Notes under the pieces: model-generated | The model's input: only the letters and a program-made list of their open reading frames with translations | Told to the model about the DNA's origin: nothing | The model's database searches: none | In this document: positions 52,062-64,000 of the stretch, piece after piece | Numbering within the stretch: the stretch's first letter is position 1 | How the letters are laid out: each line of letters opens with the position of its first letter | Assembly (NCBI RefSeq): GCF_036971445.1 | Contig: NC_091473.1 | Span: 57,288,001-57,352,000, forward strand | DNA from: Narcine bancroftii | Taxonomy: Eukaryota | Reading direction: 5' to 3' | DNA length: 64,000 bases | Position numbers and translations under genes: made by a program

Positions 52062-52159
52062 ACATTTGTTGTGAAATACTTTGTGACATCCTGAGGTAAT
52101 TAAAATGAGCTAAGAATATGATTTGTTTTCAGTAAATAATTATGGAAGAAAGAAAGAAA

Positions 52160-55100
52160 TGTAGCCATGCACTATTTGAAAGAAGACACGTACACATAGT
52201 GTAGTCAAGTTAAGCTCTGAGTTTTATGTGGGCTCAGGCTTGACTTTTATACTTGCACTGTTCCTGCAGTGGACCCCCTTAGCTGACGTCACAAAATGCA
52301 TAACAAAAGCGGGATTCCCACGTGCGGGTACTTTCCTGCCTAACAATGCCCTCCTTCCCTGTCTGTTGGCTGCGCATCAAGGCCAGTGCCATTTTAGGAT
52401 CGCTGACCTCTAAGCTGCCCTTGGCATTCAACTGCCAGTTTGCTTTTGGGGCCAGTGGCGCTACGTGGGCTGCTGGCCTTTGGTTGTGCTCATTGCCCGG
52501 AGCATTGGCTTGATCGCCATGGCACCACATGATCCCCCCTCCCAGAACTGGCGGTATTGTCCTTGTTACTGTCCTTGGTGCCCATAAGCAAAGTCTCTGC
52601 AGCCTTTGGTGGCCTGCCTCTTCGGCATGGTGCTGGTGTCTTGATCGGGCGTGCTGGGTCCAGGTCTGCTGGCTTCAGCCTGTCTGTGATGAAGACCTCG
52701 CTCTTGCCTCTGACCTCCAGCTCGAACATGGCCATATTGTTGGGGATGACCCGGAACGGACCCTCGTATGGCCTCTGAAGCGGTGGACAATGTGGACCCT
52801 TGTGAATGTAAACATATTCACAGTCCTGCAGGTCTTTGGTATGTTGGTCCTCATGTGTCCGTGCCTGGAAGGTGGAATCAGGGCCAGGTTGCTGACATTT
52901 TCCCTTAACCTACTGAGGAACACTGCAGAGTTGTCCTGCTGTCTGCCTGAGGATGGTACAAATTCTCACAGGACCACCAGTGGAGCTCCGTAGACGAGTT
53001 CGGCTGAAGAGGTGTTGAGGTCCTCCTTGGGTGCTCTGCAGATGCCCAATTGTGCCCATGTTAGCTTGTCCACCCAGATGGGTCCTTGGAGTCTGGTCAT
53101 GAGTGAGGTTTTGAGGTGTCTGTGGAAGCATTCCACCATTGGACAGTTGGTGGTAGGCTGTTGTGTGATGCAGTTAGTGACCCCACAGGCTGGCGAGGTC
53201 GGACCACAGACTGGAGGTGAACTGGGCCCCTCTGTCAGATAACCTGACCGTGCCACACAGGGTAAGATGATGGCCCTGGCACATGAGGTTGTAGACATGT
53301 CTGCCCTCAGGACTGCTTCTGGCCACCTAGTGAAGTGGTCGACCATCATGAACAGATAGTGGAAACCTTGGGATACCGACAAGGGTCCTACTATGTCCAC
53401 ATGTCGAACCTTTTTTTCACGAGCTCGAAGTTCTGAGCTGGGGTCTTGGTGTGCTGCTGTACCTTGCTTGTTTGGCACTGCATGGACACATTCGCCCACC
53501 CCCTGACCTGTTTCTGCAATCCATGCCACATGTATTTGAGGACCACCAGCTCAACTGTGGTCCTGATGGATGGGTGAGCCAGTCCGTGGATGGAGTTTAA
53601 AACCTGTTGTCTCCAAGCCTCCAGGACAATGGGTCTGACCTGACCAGAGTCCACATCACAGATGGTGTTACCTGTGCTGACTGGGTGTCCTGGAGCTACA
53701 GTCCCGATATGGGAGTCCTGTATTGGGGCATCTTCTTGTCTTTCTGCTGCGCCTCCAAGAGTGCCGTGAAGTCCACTCCCCCTGACAGTGCATGGATACT
53801 TTGCCTGGACAGTGCATCAGCCACCATGTTGTCCATACTGGAGATGTGCCTTCCATCTCTGCTGTACTCTGAGATGTAAGGCAGGTTTCATTGCTGGCGG
53901 GCCAACCAGGGGTTCGAGATCTTAGCCAAGGAGGAAGAGGGGCTTGTGATCTGTGAAAGCCGTGAAGGACCAGGCCTCTAGGAAGTACCTGAAGTGGCAG
54001 ATGGCCAAGTATAGTGCCAAAAGGTCTCTGTCAAAAGCACTGTATTTCAACACTGGAGGCCGCAGATGTTTGCTGAAGAAAGCCAACGGCTGCCAACTTC
54101 CTTTAATCTGCTGATCCTGAACTCTGCCATTCACTGTTCCTGAGGCATCCAACCATCAGGGCCGTTGGAGCATCTGACCTGCGATGTGCTTGGAGAGCAA
54201 TATCCGCCAGGGCATGCTTGGCCTTCGCGAAGGCTTCTGCTGACTTCTCACCCCAGATTATGTGCTTCGCCTTGCCTGCCATCCGGGCCTGTATAATCCA
54301 GGCAGCTGAGGGGATGAACCTGTGATAGAAATTGATCATCCCCACAAACTCTTGTTGACCCTTGGTCGTGTTGGGTCTGGGTAACTTCCAGATAACCTCC
54401 ACTTAACTGGGTAGCGGTGTGGCTCCTCCAATCCGAACTGACATTTGGCTGTGTTGATTGTCGCTCAGTCAGGTGTAGAGGTTGCAGAGGTGCACCACGT
54501 ACTCCTGTTGATTCCTGCTCACCACCAGGATGTCATTCAGATGTGAAAAAACAGAAGTCCCTTCACAGATTTCACTCGAGACAAAAATTGAGAACAAAGA
54601 ACATTTATTGTACAACAGTGCAAAGTTGGGTGCTTCCCCTTACCCTGGGAATACACACACATACTGGGGCTCACCCAACTTTTATACAGTTCATTTCAGT
54701 GTAGAGGTACCCTCCCCCCCCCTAACATTCTTCTGCCTCCTGGATTGGTTTGGCATTTGGTACTATATGCAGAACTTGCTAATTCTGTCTATCACTATAA
54801 GACCCTTATTCTATTATACTCGCGTAACCCTTCCTCACACTCTTATCGGAATTCATCCTTACTCAGCACTTACTTAACTTCCTCTAGTCTAGTCTAGTAT
54901 TCCTTATTTCATTCATACTAGCTTTACTTCCTATATTCTATTATCTCTCACACAGGTACACGAAGGTACCATCCAGCTCTCGACCCACTGCATCCATGAG
55001 TCACTGGAAGGTCTGGGCAGCTTTCTTTACCCTGAAAGGCATTCGGAGGGATTGAAAGAAGCCAAACGGGTTAATGATGGCAATCTTGGGGACATCATCA

Positions 55101-56833
55101 GGGTGTACCAGGGTCTGATGATTTCCCTGCACAAGGTCCACCTTGGAGAAGATCCTTGCCCCGAGGAGGTTAGCCGTGAATTCCTGGATGATCCGGTGTT
55201 GTGGCCTCATTGAACTGGCTGTAGTCGCCACAAGGTCTCCAGCCCACAGTTGCTTTGGATACCATCCGACTGCCATACGATGCTGAGCTCTTCCAGCTTC
55301 CTGAATTCCTCCTTCGTCAGCTGGAGCTTCTTCGGAGGAAGGTGTCTTGCCCTGCATGGAGTAGTGAGCCCTGGGTCAGGATGAGGTGCTGTACTCCATG
55401 TCGGGGCATCACCGTAGTGAATTGTGGGGTGAGTACTGCAGGGAACTCGGCCAGGACCCTGTTGTACTCGTTGTCCGATTTTTGTATGGAGTCCAGGTGG
55501 AGTGCTGGGAGCCTGGCATTTTTGAGGGTGAAGGTTTGAAAAGTCTTGGCGTGGACCAATCTCCTTCCCTTGAGGTCCACTACCAGGCTGTGGGTGTGCA
55601 GGAAGTCTGCCCCAAAGAATGGCTGTTTCACTGCGGCCAGTGTAAACACCCACGAAAATAGGCTATTCCCAACTGCAGTTGGACCTTGCACATACTGTAG
55701 GTCTGAATCGTGCTATTGTTGGCAGCTCTCAGTGTGGGGTCTGACTGCCTGTTCCTGGTGTCCTGTCCCGACAGGGGCAGGATGCTGACTTCTGCTCCTG
55801 TGTCCATGAGGAAGCGTCATCCGGATTGGCGGTCCCAAACGTACAGGAGGCTGTCTTGTTGGCCATCTGTCATAGCCATGAGTGACAGCTGGCTCCAGCA
55901 TTTCCCTGAAATGTGCATGGCGGTCTGCACCAGCGGGCTCCGGTGACCCATCTCTGGTGGTAGAAACACCACTGCTGTTCTCTCAGCGGCTCTACACGGG
56001 TCTGGGCGTGGGGTTTAGTGATGAGCCCCACGGTCGCCAAGCACTTTCTCTTCTGTTTCCACAGAACGTCCACTCATGCTGCAACTTTCTGGGGTGGGTG
56101 GGGGGGGGGGGTCGCTGATATCCATGTCAGCCAGAAGCCGTTGAATGTCCTTAGGCAGTTGTTCCAGGAATGCCTGCTCAAACATGATGCAGGGCTCGTG
56201 TTTGCCCAGGAGGACCAGCATCTCATTCATGAGGGGTGACGGGGGCCTGTCCCTTAACCCATCCAGGTGGAGCAGACATGCCCCTCTTTCATGCCATGAG
56301 AACCCGAAGGTTTCGATCAGCAAGTCCTTGAAGGTGGTATACTAACCTTATGATGGCGGCTCCTGGATGAAGTTGGCCTGCTGTGTCCTGGTCCAGGGTG
56401 CTCACCACATGGTAGTACTGGATGCATTCTGCTGTGATCTGCTGGATCTAGAACTGTGCCTCAGCCTGGTCAAACCACACGGATGTCTGATGCTTCCAGA
56501 AGGTTGGCAGCAGTCAGGTTAAGGTCTGAGTTTTATTAGGGCTCAGGCCCGACTTTTATACTTGCACTGTTCCCGCCATGGCATGCATAACAAAAGTGGG
56601 TTTCCCACACGCGGGCACTTTCCTGCATAACAATCCCTTCTTCCCACATGCTGTGCCTGTCTGATGGCTGCGCAGCAAGGCCAGCACCATTTTGGGGTCA
56701 CTTGTCTTTAAGCTGCCCTTGCCATTCACCTGCTGGTTCACTTGTTGGGGCCAGTGCCACTGTGCAGGCTGCTGGCCTTTGGTTGCGCTCGCCGCCCGGA
56801 GCACCACAGTATAGTGTGTGGTGGGTCACCACA
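52160..56833 (-). mobile_element. Gypsy LTR retrotransposon, near full length but decayed
   Basis: LTRs ~52160-52529 and ~56515-56833 (partial, diverged), TG..CA ends, 4-bp TSD gaaa. Gag (LPTFWK...WFDQAEAQF), RT (IFSKVDLV.G.HQ, FVYL|DI), RNase H (PLAFFSK, FTDHKPL) and integrase (H.LAHP...C..CQ, HVDIVGPL, VDHFTRWPEA, PYEGPF). Confidence 0.9.
54542..54952 (-). mobile_element. Solo LTR inserted in the Gypsy RT
   Basis: tgtgaaa ... tctcaca termini, TSD caga/cagg, minus-strand AATAAA at ~54604-54609. Confidence 0.8.
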
Positions 56834-58859
56834 GAAAGATTAATAATCTTATGATTCCTAAAATGTTCCAAAACAGATATTTACATTTAAAAATTGTGGT
56901 TGGATATAATTTAATATTTTAACTGACTGACTCATCTTCGTACTTATTGGGATTTCAATATTTATTAACTTAGATGCATATGTTTTTGCAAGGGAATGAA
57001 ATAATTTAATACACTGATAAAATATAATTCCCTACATAAAAGGTACAGGGAGATCCTTTAGATTTCCAGGAGTTTTATGAACAAAATGAAAAAGATACAT
57101 TGTGTGATTCTGTTGATACATGGGGCTCCTTGCATTTGTAGTCATATTTTTACACAGGAGAGCTTTATGCTGACTGTCACATACCCATTTACCAGTATTT
57201 GGTTTGTAGTTACAATACCTTGGTGATTTAAGTGCTCATCCAATTACTTTTCATGTTGTGTGCGAATCTATCTCCAAGCATTTCTCAGACTGGGCAATCA
57301 AACTTCAACCATCCCTGGGTGAAAAAAAATCTTTCTCATATCCTTTTTAAACCTCTCACTTATCACCTTCAACCTATGTCCTCTGGTCTTCGACAGGTCA
57401 GGGTAGAGAAAAGGTTTCTTACTATCTACCCCATCCATGTCATTCATAATTTTTTTATACCTTTATAAGTTCTCCCCTCAGCTTTGTCTGTTCCAAGGGA
57501 AGTAAACCCAGCCTATCCTCATCGCCAAACATTCCATTCCATTCCTGTTCCATCCTTGTGAACATTGCACTCACACATCCATAAATCAATAAATGTTCAC
57601 ATGCCATTCTTTCACCATTTCTATAACAACTTGTGCTGATAGGCAACAGCTCAAGTTAACTCAACATTATACATTTTCTGACATGAACTTTATGAATACT
57701 CATTTGTAGTGGGAGGGTAGGTGTACATTTCTTTTTTCCACTTTAGCACTTTAATTAATTTGTTCAGGTTCACTCACTATTCATGCTGGAATTAAGTAGG
57801 TTAAGAACTGGATTAAGAGAATGTATTGATCAGAGAACTAATCGTAGCACAGAGAAAGGACTGTTGTGGTTTTTGAGGGGCTTTGCTTACTTCAGGATTG
57901 TATACTCATGCATTTCATTGTTTTGATTAGCCTGAGGACTTCTTGTGGTTCATGGAGTTAATCAATTTCAACCTTGTTCAGATACATCCGCCAAACAGAT
58001 GGATTTCCAGAATGAAGCATTTTTGTGGATTATTATGCAATTAAACTGCAAAACGTGAGGAAAGTGGGCTTTAATGTGCTTCAACTTTCAAAATGTTCTG
58101 CTCAGATCTGTCTTTGGACATAAATCTTCATGGGTATTCTTCAGAACCAGACTGATAATTACTTGGAAAGCTAACATAGCTGAGAGGTTACGTCATCAAA
58201 TGTCTCATTTACAAATATCCATAGTAATTCTTAGGGAACGTTGTGATCGGGTTAAAAAGAAATTGACAATTCCACTTAAAATTATATGAGATCCTGTTTC
58301 AAAACTTAATAATGTTACTCCATTGGGTAAACTTTCAACTTGCTAGATGGGCATAAAATTAACATTGTAGATTAAATATCATATTAGCCCACCAAATTTT
58401 GACTTCCATTAAAAAAGGATAGGGTCTACTACTGTCAACTAATAGCAGCTTAACACCCATGGGGATATGACACATTAGATTTCAAGTAAAATTTAGTGCA
58501 ACTTAAACATACTAATGTTGTGTAGTTTGCTCAAAGATTAGCACTTAAATGTCAGTGATAGATCAATTGTTCATATCCTTTCCTCTTCAGTCAAAACATA
58601 ATTGGTGTAAATCTCACTCGAGCAATGTGTCTGTAATCCAAACCAATGCTCCAATGAATGCAACCCTCTTGGAAATGTCTGCTGAGTGATTCCTGAAAGT
58701 TTGACTGATTTTTTTTGGATGTACTGAACAAAGAGAATATTCACATTGGTCACCTGGTTGCAAGAGCAGAAATGGGCATTTTGCAATGTGTAAATCAACT
58801 ACTGACCTACTCAAAGTTTCTCCATCAATGCAAGATTCAGGTGAAGAACTTGATAAAAT

Positions 58860-60289
58860 CTTTGGCTTGGCTTCACGGATGAAGATTTATGGAGGGGTAT
58901 GTCCACGTCTGCTGCAGGCTCGTTGGTGACTGACAAGTCCGATGCAGGACAGGCAGGCACGGTTGCAGCGGTTGCAAGGGAAAATTGGTTGGTTGGGGTT
59001 GGGTGTTGGGTTTTTCCTCCTTTGTCTTTTGTCAGTGAGGTGAGCTCGCGGTCTTCTTCAAAGGAGGTTGCTGCCCGCCGAACTGTGAGGCGCCAAGATG
59101 CATGGTTGGAGGCGATATCAGCCCACTGGCGGTGGTCAATGTGGCAGGCACCACGAGATTTCTTTAGGCAGTCCTTGTACCTCTTCTTTGGTGCACCTCT
59201 GTCACGGTGGCCAGTGGAGAGCTCGCCATATAACACGATCTTGGGAAGGCGATGGTCCTCCATTCTGGAGACGTGACCCACCCAGCGCAATTGGGTCTTC
59301 AGCAGCGTGGATTCGATGCTTGCGGACTCTGCCAGCTCGAGTACTTCGATGTTGGTGATGAAGTCATTCCAATGAATGTTGAAGATGGAGTGGAGACAGC
59401 GCTGATGGAAGCCGGTAGAGGACCCATGATTCAGAGCCGAACAGGAGCGTGGGTATGACAACGGCTCTGTACATGCTGATCTTTGTGTGTTTCTTCAGGT
59501 GGTTGTTTTTCCAGCTCTTTTGTGTAGTCTTCCAAAGGCGCTATTTGCCTTGGCGAGTCTGTTGTCTGTCTCTTTGTCGATCCTTGCATCAGATGAAATG
59601 GTGCAGTTGAGGTAGGTAAACTGGTTGACCGTTTTGCGTTCTGTGAGCCCGATGGAGATGTGGGGGGCTGGTGGTCATGGTGGGAAGCTGGCTGATGGAG
59701 GACCTCAGTTTTCTTCAGGTTGGCTTCCAGGCCAAACATTTTGGCAGTTTCCGCAAAACAGGACGTCATGCGCTGGAGAGCTGGCTCTGAATGGGCAACT
59801 AAAGTGGCATCATCTGCAAAGAGTAGTTCACGGACAAGTTGCTCTTGTGTCTTGGTGTGAGCCTGCAGGCGCCTCAGATTGAAGAGACTGCCATCCGTGC
59901 GGTACGGGATGTAAACACCGTCTTCATTGTTGAGGTCTTTCATGGCTTGTTTCAGCATCATGCTGAAGAAGATAGTAAAGAGGGTTGGTGCGAGGACGCA
60001 GCCGTTTTGTTCTCTGCACTTTTCTTGGAGCTGTCCGAGGGCAAAGATCATGTCAGTAGTTCCTCTGTTTGCGCGAAAGCCACACTGTGATTCTGGGAGG
60101 ACATTTTCGGCGACACTAGGTATTAGTCTATTAAGGAGAATCCCAGCGAAGATTTTACCTGCAATGGAGAGCAGCGTAATTCCCCTGTAGTTTGAACAGC
60201 CTGAGGTTTGGAAGGCTGGTGGCAAAGCTCTGCATACCAAACTGCATGAGTTTTTCATGCTCTGCTGGGACCAAGGAAAGCTGCCTCAG
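58860..60289 (-). mobile_element. RTE LINE (older subfamily) with 5' inversion and internal deletion
   Basis: Minus-strand RT at 58860-60199, plus-strand PEVWKAGG...LPQD at 60200-60292, TSD gataaaat (58852-58859 / 60290-60297). Confidence 0.92.
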
Positions 60290-61279
60290 GATAAAATACT
60301 CATCCGATTAATATCACTCAGCACTGTCTCGAATATTGTAGCCTGCTTGATTGGCAACCCTTTACAAGACTCAGCATTAGTGATTAACGATAAGGATAAA
60401 CTGTGTTTGAGCTATTAACAGGACACATTTTAGCCAACCACTTCAATAGCATGCCAACACTTACTCTGTATCATCTCTATAAATTAAAACAACAAGGACC
60501 CATGAATTATATTGAAAGCAAAAATGAATAGGTGCTGGATATCCGGAACAAAAGAAAAAATGCAACAAGGTCAAGCAGCATCAGTGAGAGAAACATTAAA
60601 GCATTTTGGCTTTAATTTCTTTCTTCTTTTCTGTCTACACCTAATGATATTTAAAGGAAGTTTAAACACATTCCTTGTGTTTTCTCCAGCACCCAGACAC
60701 ATGCCGCTGTCCTTACGCGCTTACTTTCTGATTTTCCATTTCTGATAGGATCTTGATTATTTTTATTTCTCGACGGATGCTGCCTGACCTGTAGGTGGTT
60801 TTGGTAGTTTTTTTGTCCATTTTGTCCAGGATACAGTTAATTATCCTAAGTCCTGACTTGTTATCTTGCTCAGAATCTACAATGATCCTTGGCATAGGAA
60901 GTATGGCTACTATATCAGAGTAGAATGGGTTGCTTTTCTGAGACTTCTAGGTCAGACTACAGTGGAGTTCTGGTATAAATATGTTTATTATATGCATTGG
61001 AAGTCAGAGTAACCAAAGTAAATACCATGTGAGAAAAGTGAAATATTATCTATTCCTTAGTATTGTCAAGTTAAAGCTACTAAACTATCTTGGAAAGCAG
61101 GATCGAATGATTGGGTTTTCAAGTTCAAATTCAAGTTTATTATCATGAACAATCTAACAAAACAGCATCTCTCCAGACCATGGTGCACTCAGAAGAATAA
61201 ACAATACACAGTAGATTAAGATCACATAAATAACCAAAATAAATATGTATAAATATTTAGGATGACTTGCACAGTTACA

Positions 61280-62380
61280 GGATACTGTTTCTTATTTCAT
61301 TCACTTATGCTGCAAACTTCCACCCTGACCTCACATTCACTTGGTCCATCTCCAGCAACATTCTCCATTTCCTTAATCTCTTTGTCTCCATCTCGGGAGA
61401 CAAACTCTGGACAGACATGTTCTACAGCGACCTTGACTACATCTCTTCACACCATGCTCCCTGTAAGGATTCCATTCCCTTCTCGCAATTCCTCCGTCTC
61501 CGTCGCATCTGCTCCAAGAACAAGATCAGCAGAGATGTCCTCCTTCTTCAAACAACGTTGCTTTCCTTCTACCACAATCAACTTGGCCCTCACCTGCATA
61601 GCCTCCATTACCAACACATCTGCCCTGGCCCTCTCCGCCTCTACAGACAACAAGGAGAGATTCCCCTTGTCCTCACCTACCACCCCACCATCCTCCAAGT
61701 CCAAAATATCCTCCTCTGCCACCTACTATTAGCTAGACGGATACTCCCCTCTCCCCCCTCCCCACCACTCTCCATGTTCCGCAGTGACCACTCCCTCTGT
61801 GACTCCTTTGTCCTTTCCTACCTCCCCACCATTCGTCCCTGGGTGCAGACTAGGAGATTACTTTGTTGAACACCTTGGCTCTGTCTGCCAGAATAGTGTA
61901 GATATCCCAGTGGTCACCAATTTCAATTCCACATCCCATTCCCTTGATGTTGTGTCTGTCCATGGTTAGACTGAGTCCACCCGCAAATTGGAGGAACAAC
62001 ACCTCATCTTCTGTTTGAGCACCCTCCATCCAGATGGCATTAATATTAACCTTTACTTTCCTTTAAATCCACCCCTTCTTTACTGTCACTTTTTCCCCAA
62101 GTCTCTCTCTCTCTCTCTCTTTCTTCCCTTTTCCCTCCGTCTCCTTTTACAGAGCCAAAATCAATTTTCACCTCTCCTCTTATCACATCCAATTTTGACC
62201 TTCAGTCTTTATTCTTATGCTTTCCTGTTCTTTGTTTATTCGTTAAAGAAAGGCTCAGGCCCGAAACATCGGTAATATATCTTTACTTCCAATGGATGCT
62301 GCAAGACTGGCTGAGTTCCTCCCAGCATTTCTGAGTGTTTTTTACTACAATCACAGCAAGTGCAGACTTTCAAGTTTCAC
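61280..62380 (+). mobile_element. Penelope-like element (RT C-terminus, GIY-YIG, terminal repeat), decayed
   Basis: AANFHPDLTFTWSIS...LDYISSH..PCKDSIPFSQFLRLRRICS; RLGDYFVEHL; KLEEQHLIFCLSTLHPDGINI. Confidence 0.85.
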
Positions 62381-62384
62381 TGTC

Positions 62385-63390
62385 TACCAGTTTCACAGCA
62401 TGTGGAAAGAAGCTATCTCCCAGCCTGGTAGTCCTGATTTTGATGGTCCTGTACCTTATTCTTGATGGAAGTGGGTTAAAGATACTGTGCGCTAGTGGAA
62501 AGGGTCTTCTATAATTCCTTGAGTTCTATGTCATCTAGAGAAGAAGGGGAGACCCCAGTTATCCTCTCCATTATTTTAATGATCTGTTTAGATTTTCGGT
62601 CTAATGCTTTGTAACTACCACACCATTCAATGATGCAGCCAGATAGGACTCTCGCAATTGTTCTCCTGTAAAAGATTGTCAAGATGGAAGCCAGTGGCCT
62701 TGCCCTCCTCAATCTCCTTACAAGGTGTAGGTGTTGCTGCACCTTTCTGAATAATGAAGAGGTGCTGTGAGTACAGGATGGTCTCTTATATGCATGCCAA
62801 GGAACTTTGTGCTCTCCACTTTCACTACAATGGGACCTTCGATGTGTAGTGGAGAATGGAAATATTGTCTCCAGAGAAATCCAACTGTAAGGGAATGGAT
62901 GGCTGGCTGGTGAAATGTAATTTTATAAAACCAGATGATTCGGTGGGATGGGGCACCAAAATCGTCCTCCTGAAATCCCCAATTATCTCCTTTGTTTTGT
63001 CCATATTGAGACTTGGATTGTTGTTCTTGCACCATTTTACGGGCCCTTCAGCCTCCTGTCTGTAATGTGACTCATCATTGTTGCTGAGGATACTGTTGTA
63101 TCATCCACAAATTTGATTATCCTGTTGGAAATGAATCTGGCAGCCTGAGCAATAGCGGAGTGAACACAGAGCCCGAGGTGCACCAATGCTCAGCTTGAGA
63201 TTTTTGCTGCCAACCCAGACTGGTCTTTTGGTCAAGAATTCCAGAATGCAGTTGCAGAGAGGGGTGTTGAGTTCCAGTGAGGATAGTTTATCCACCAGTC
63301 TCAGAGGTATAATTGAGCTGAAGTCAATGAACAACAGTTTGGCATATGAGGCATAATTCTCTAGGTGGATCAGGATGGAGCAGAGAGTCA
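62385..63390 (-). mobile_element. Rex1/Babar-type LINE fragment
   Basis: HLEN..SYAKLLFIDFSS..., KFVDD, VESTKFLGMH, QQHLHLVRRLRRA. Confidence 0.8.
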
Positions 63391-64000
63391 AAGTTTTGAT
63401 GACATTTCGGAATTAACTTTGAGAATCGGAGATTAGATGTACTGGGTAAAATCTATGAATGGTTACTTTGTCATCTCTTGGAATGAGGCCTGAATGACCA
63501 TTTGGGCTTGAGTCTGTATGTATGCCCAAAAGCTGTCTTTCATGAAATGACAAACCTACTGTGAGCAAAAAGGTTTGGCAATGCAGTAAGTTTTTTTTCA
63601 TTTGAGATACGAAGTGAAATTTTGATCAAAACATGGTTTATGCACATTTTTTCATGGATTCCATCTTTACGCCAAGAAACACTGGCCAAGAATTTGAGTT
63701 GTTCCATGTATTATTCATGCATTTTTCATGAAAGGGTTGTCTGCTGTGAGGGTCATGGCAACATAACTGGTGTTTCATCTTGTAATCTATTTGTCATATA
63801 CCTTTTGTTCAAGTTCTGACTATTTGTGGTTCCAGCATCACCTGAAACAATTTTTTTTTCCTGGGAAGAACTTCTTGATCAAAGTATGATAATTTCTGAC
63901 AGCTTCCCATTAGGAGAGCCGAGTAATGATTATTCTTTTGGCTAGGTGAGTATGAGCGGTCAGATTTCTTTCCAGGAAGGCAACCATCCATTGCTGGTTC

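Noticed and set aside
41608-64000. COLGALT2 exon 2 (expected A.TDHN.DNTT...EW motif)
   Set aside because: No matching segment found by eye; it probably lies beyond the window.

Overview
Vertebrate, repeat-rich genomic DNA. The repeat set (HE1/V-SINE-like SINEs, CR1, Rex1/Babar, GIY-YIG Penelope, Tx1, L1, RTE, Gypsy, hAT/Tigger/Harbinger MITEs) points to a cartilaginous fish (inference). Two host genes are arranged head-to-head. TSEN15 lies on the minus strand (coding exons 1-3 at 14826-14897, 11987-12068 and 4002-4137; the rest lies left of the window) and is missed by the ORF track. COLGALT2 lies on the plus strand (coding exon 1 at 41378-41607, then intron 1 apparently running past the window end). 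Most of the remainder is nested transposon debris. The most striking signals are three RTE-clade LINE insertions in COLGALT2 intron 1 with intact target-site duplications, each with a different 5' junction: one capped by (TTAGGG)3 inside the TSD, one with templated/fold-back filler, and one with a twin-priming-type 5' inversion. Two of them are near-identical and inverted. Other signals are a decayed duplicate of TSEN15 exon 3, a solo LTR inserted in a Gypsy YLDD motif, and several datable nested insertions. All alignments were done by eye, and boundaries of old repeats are approximate.
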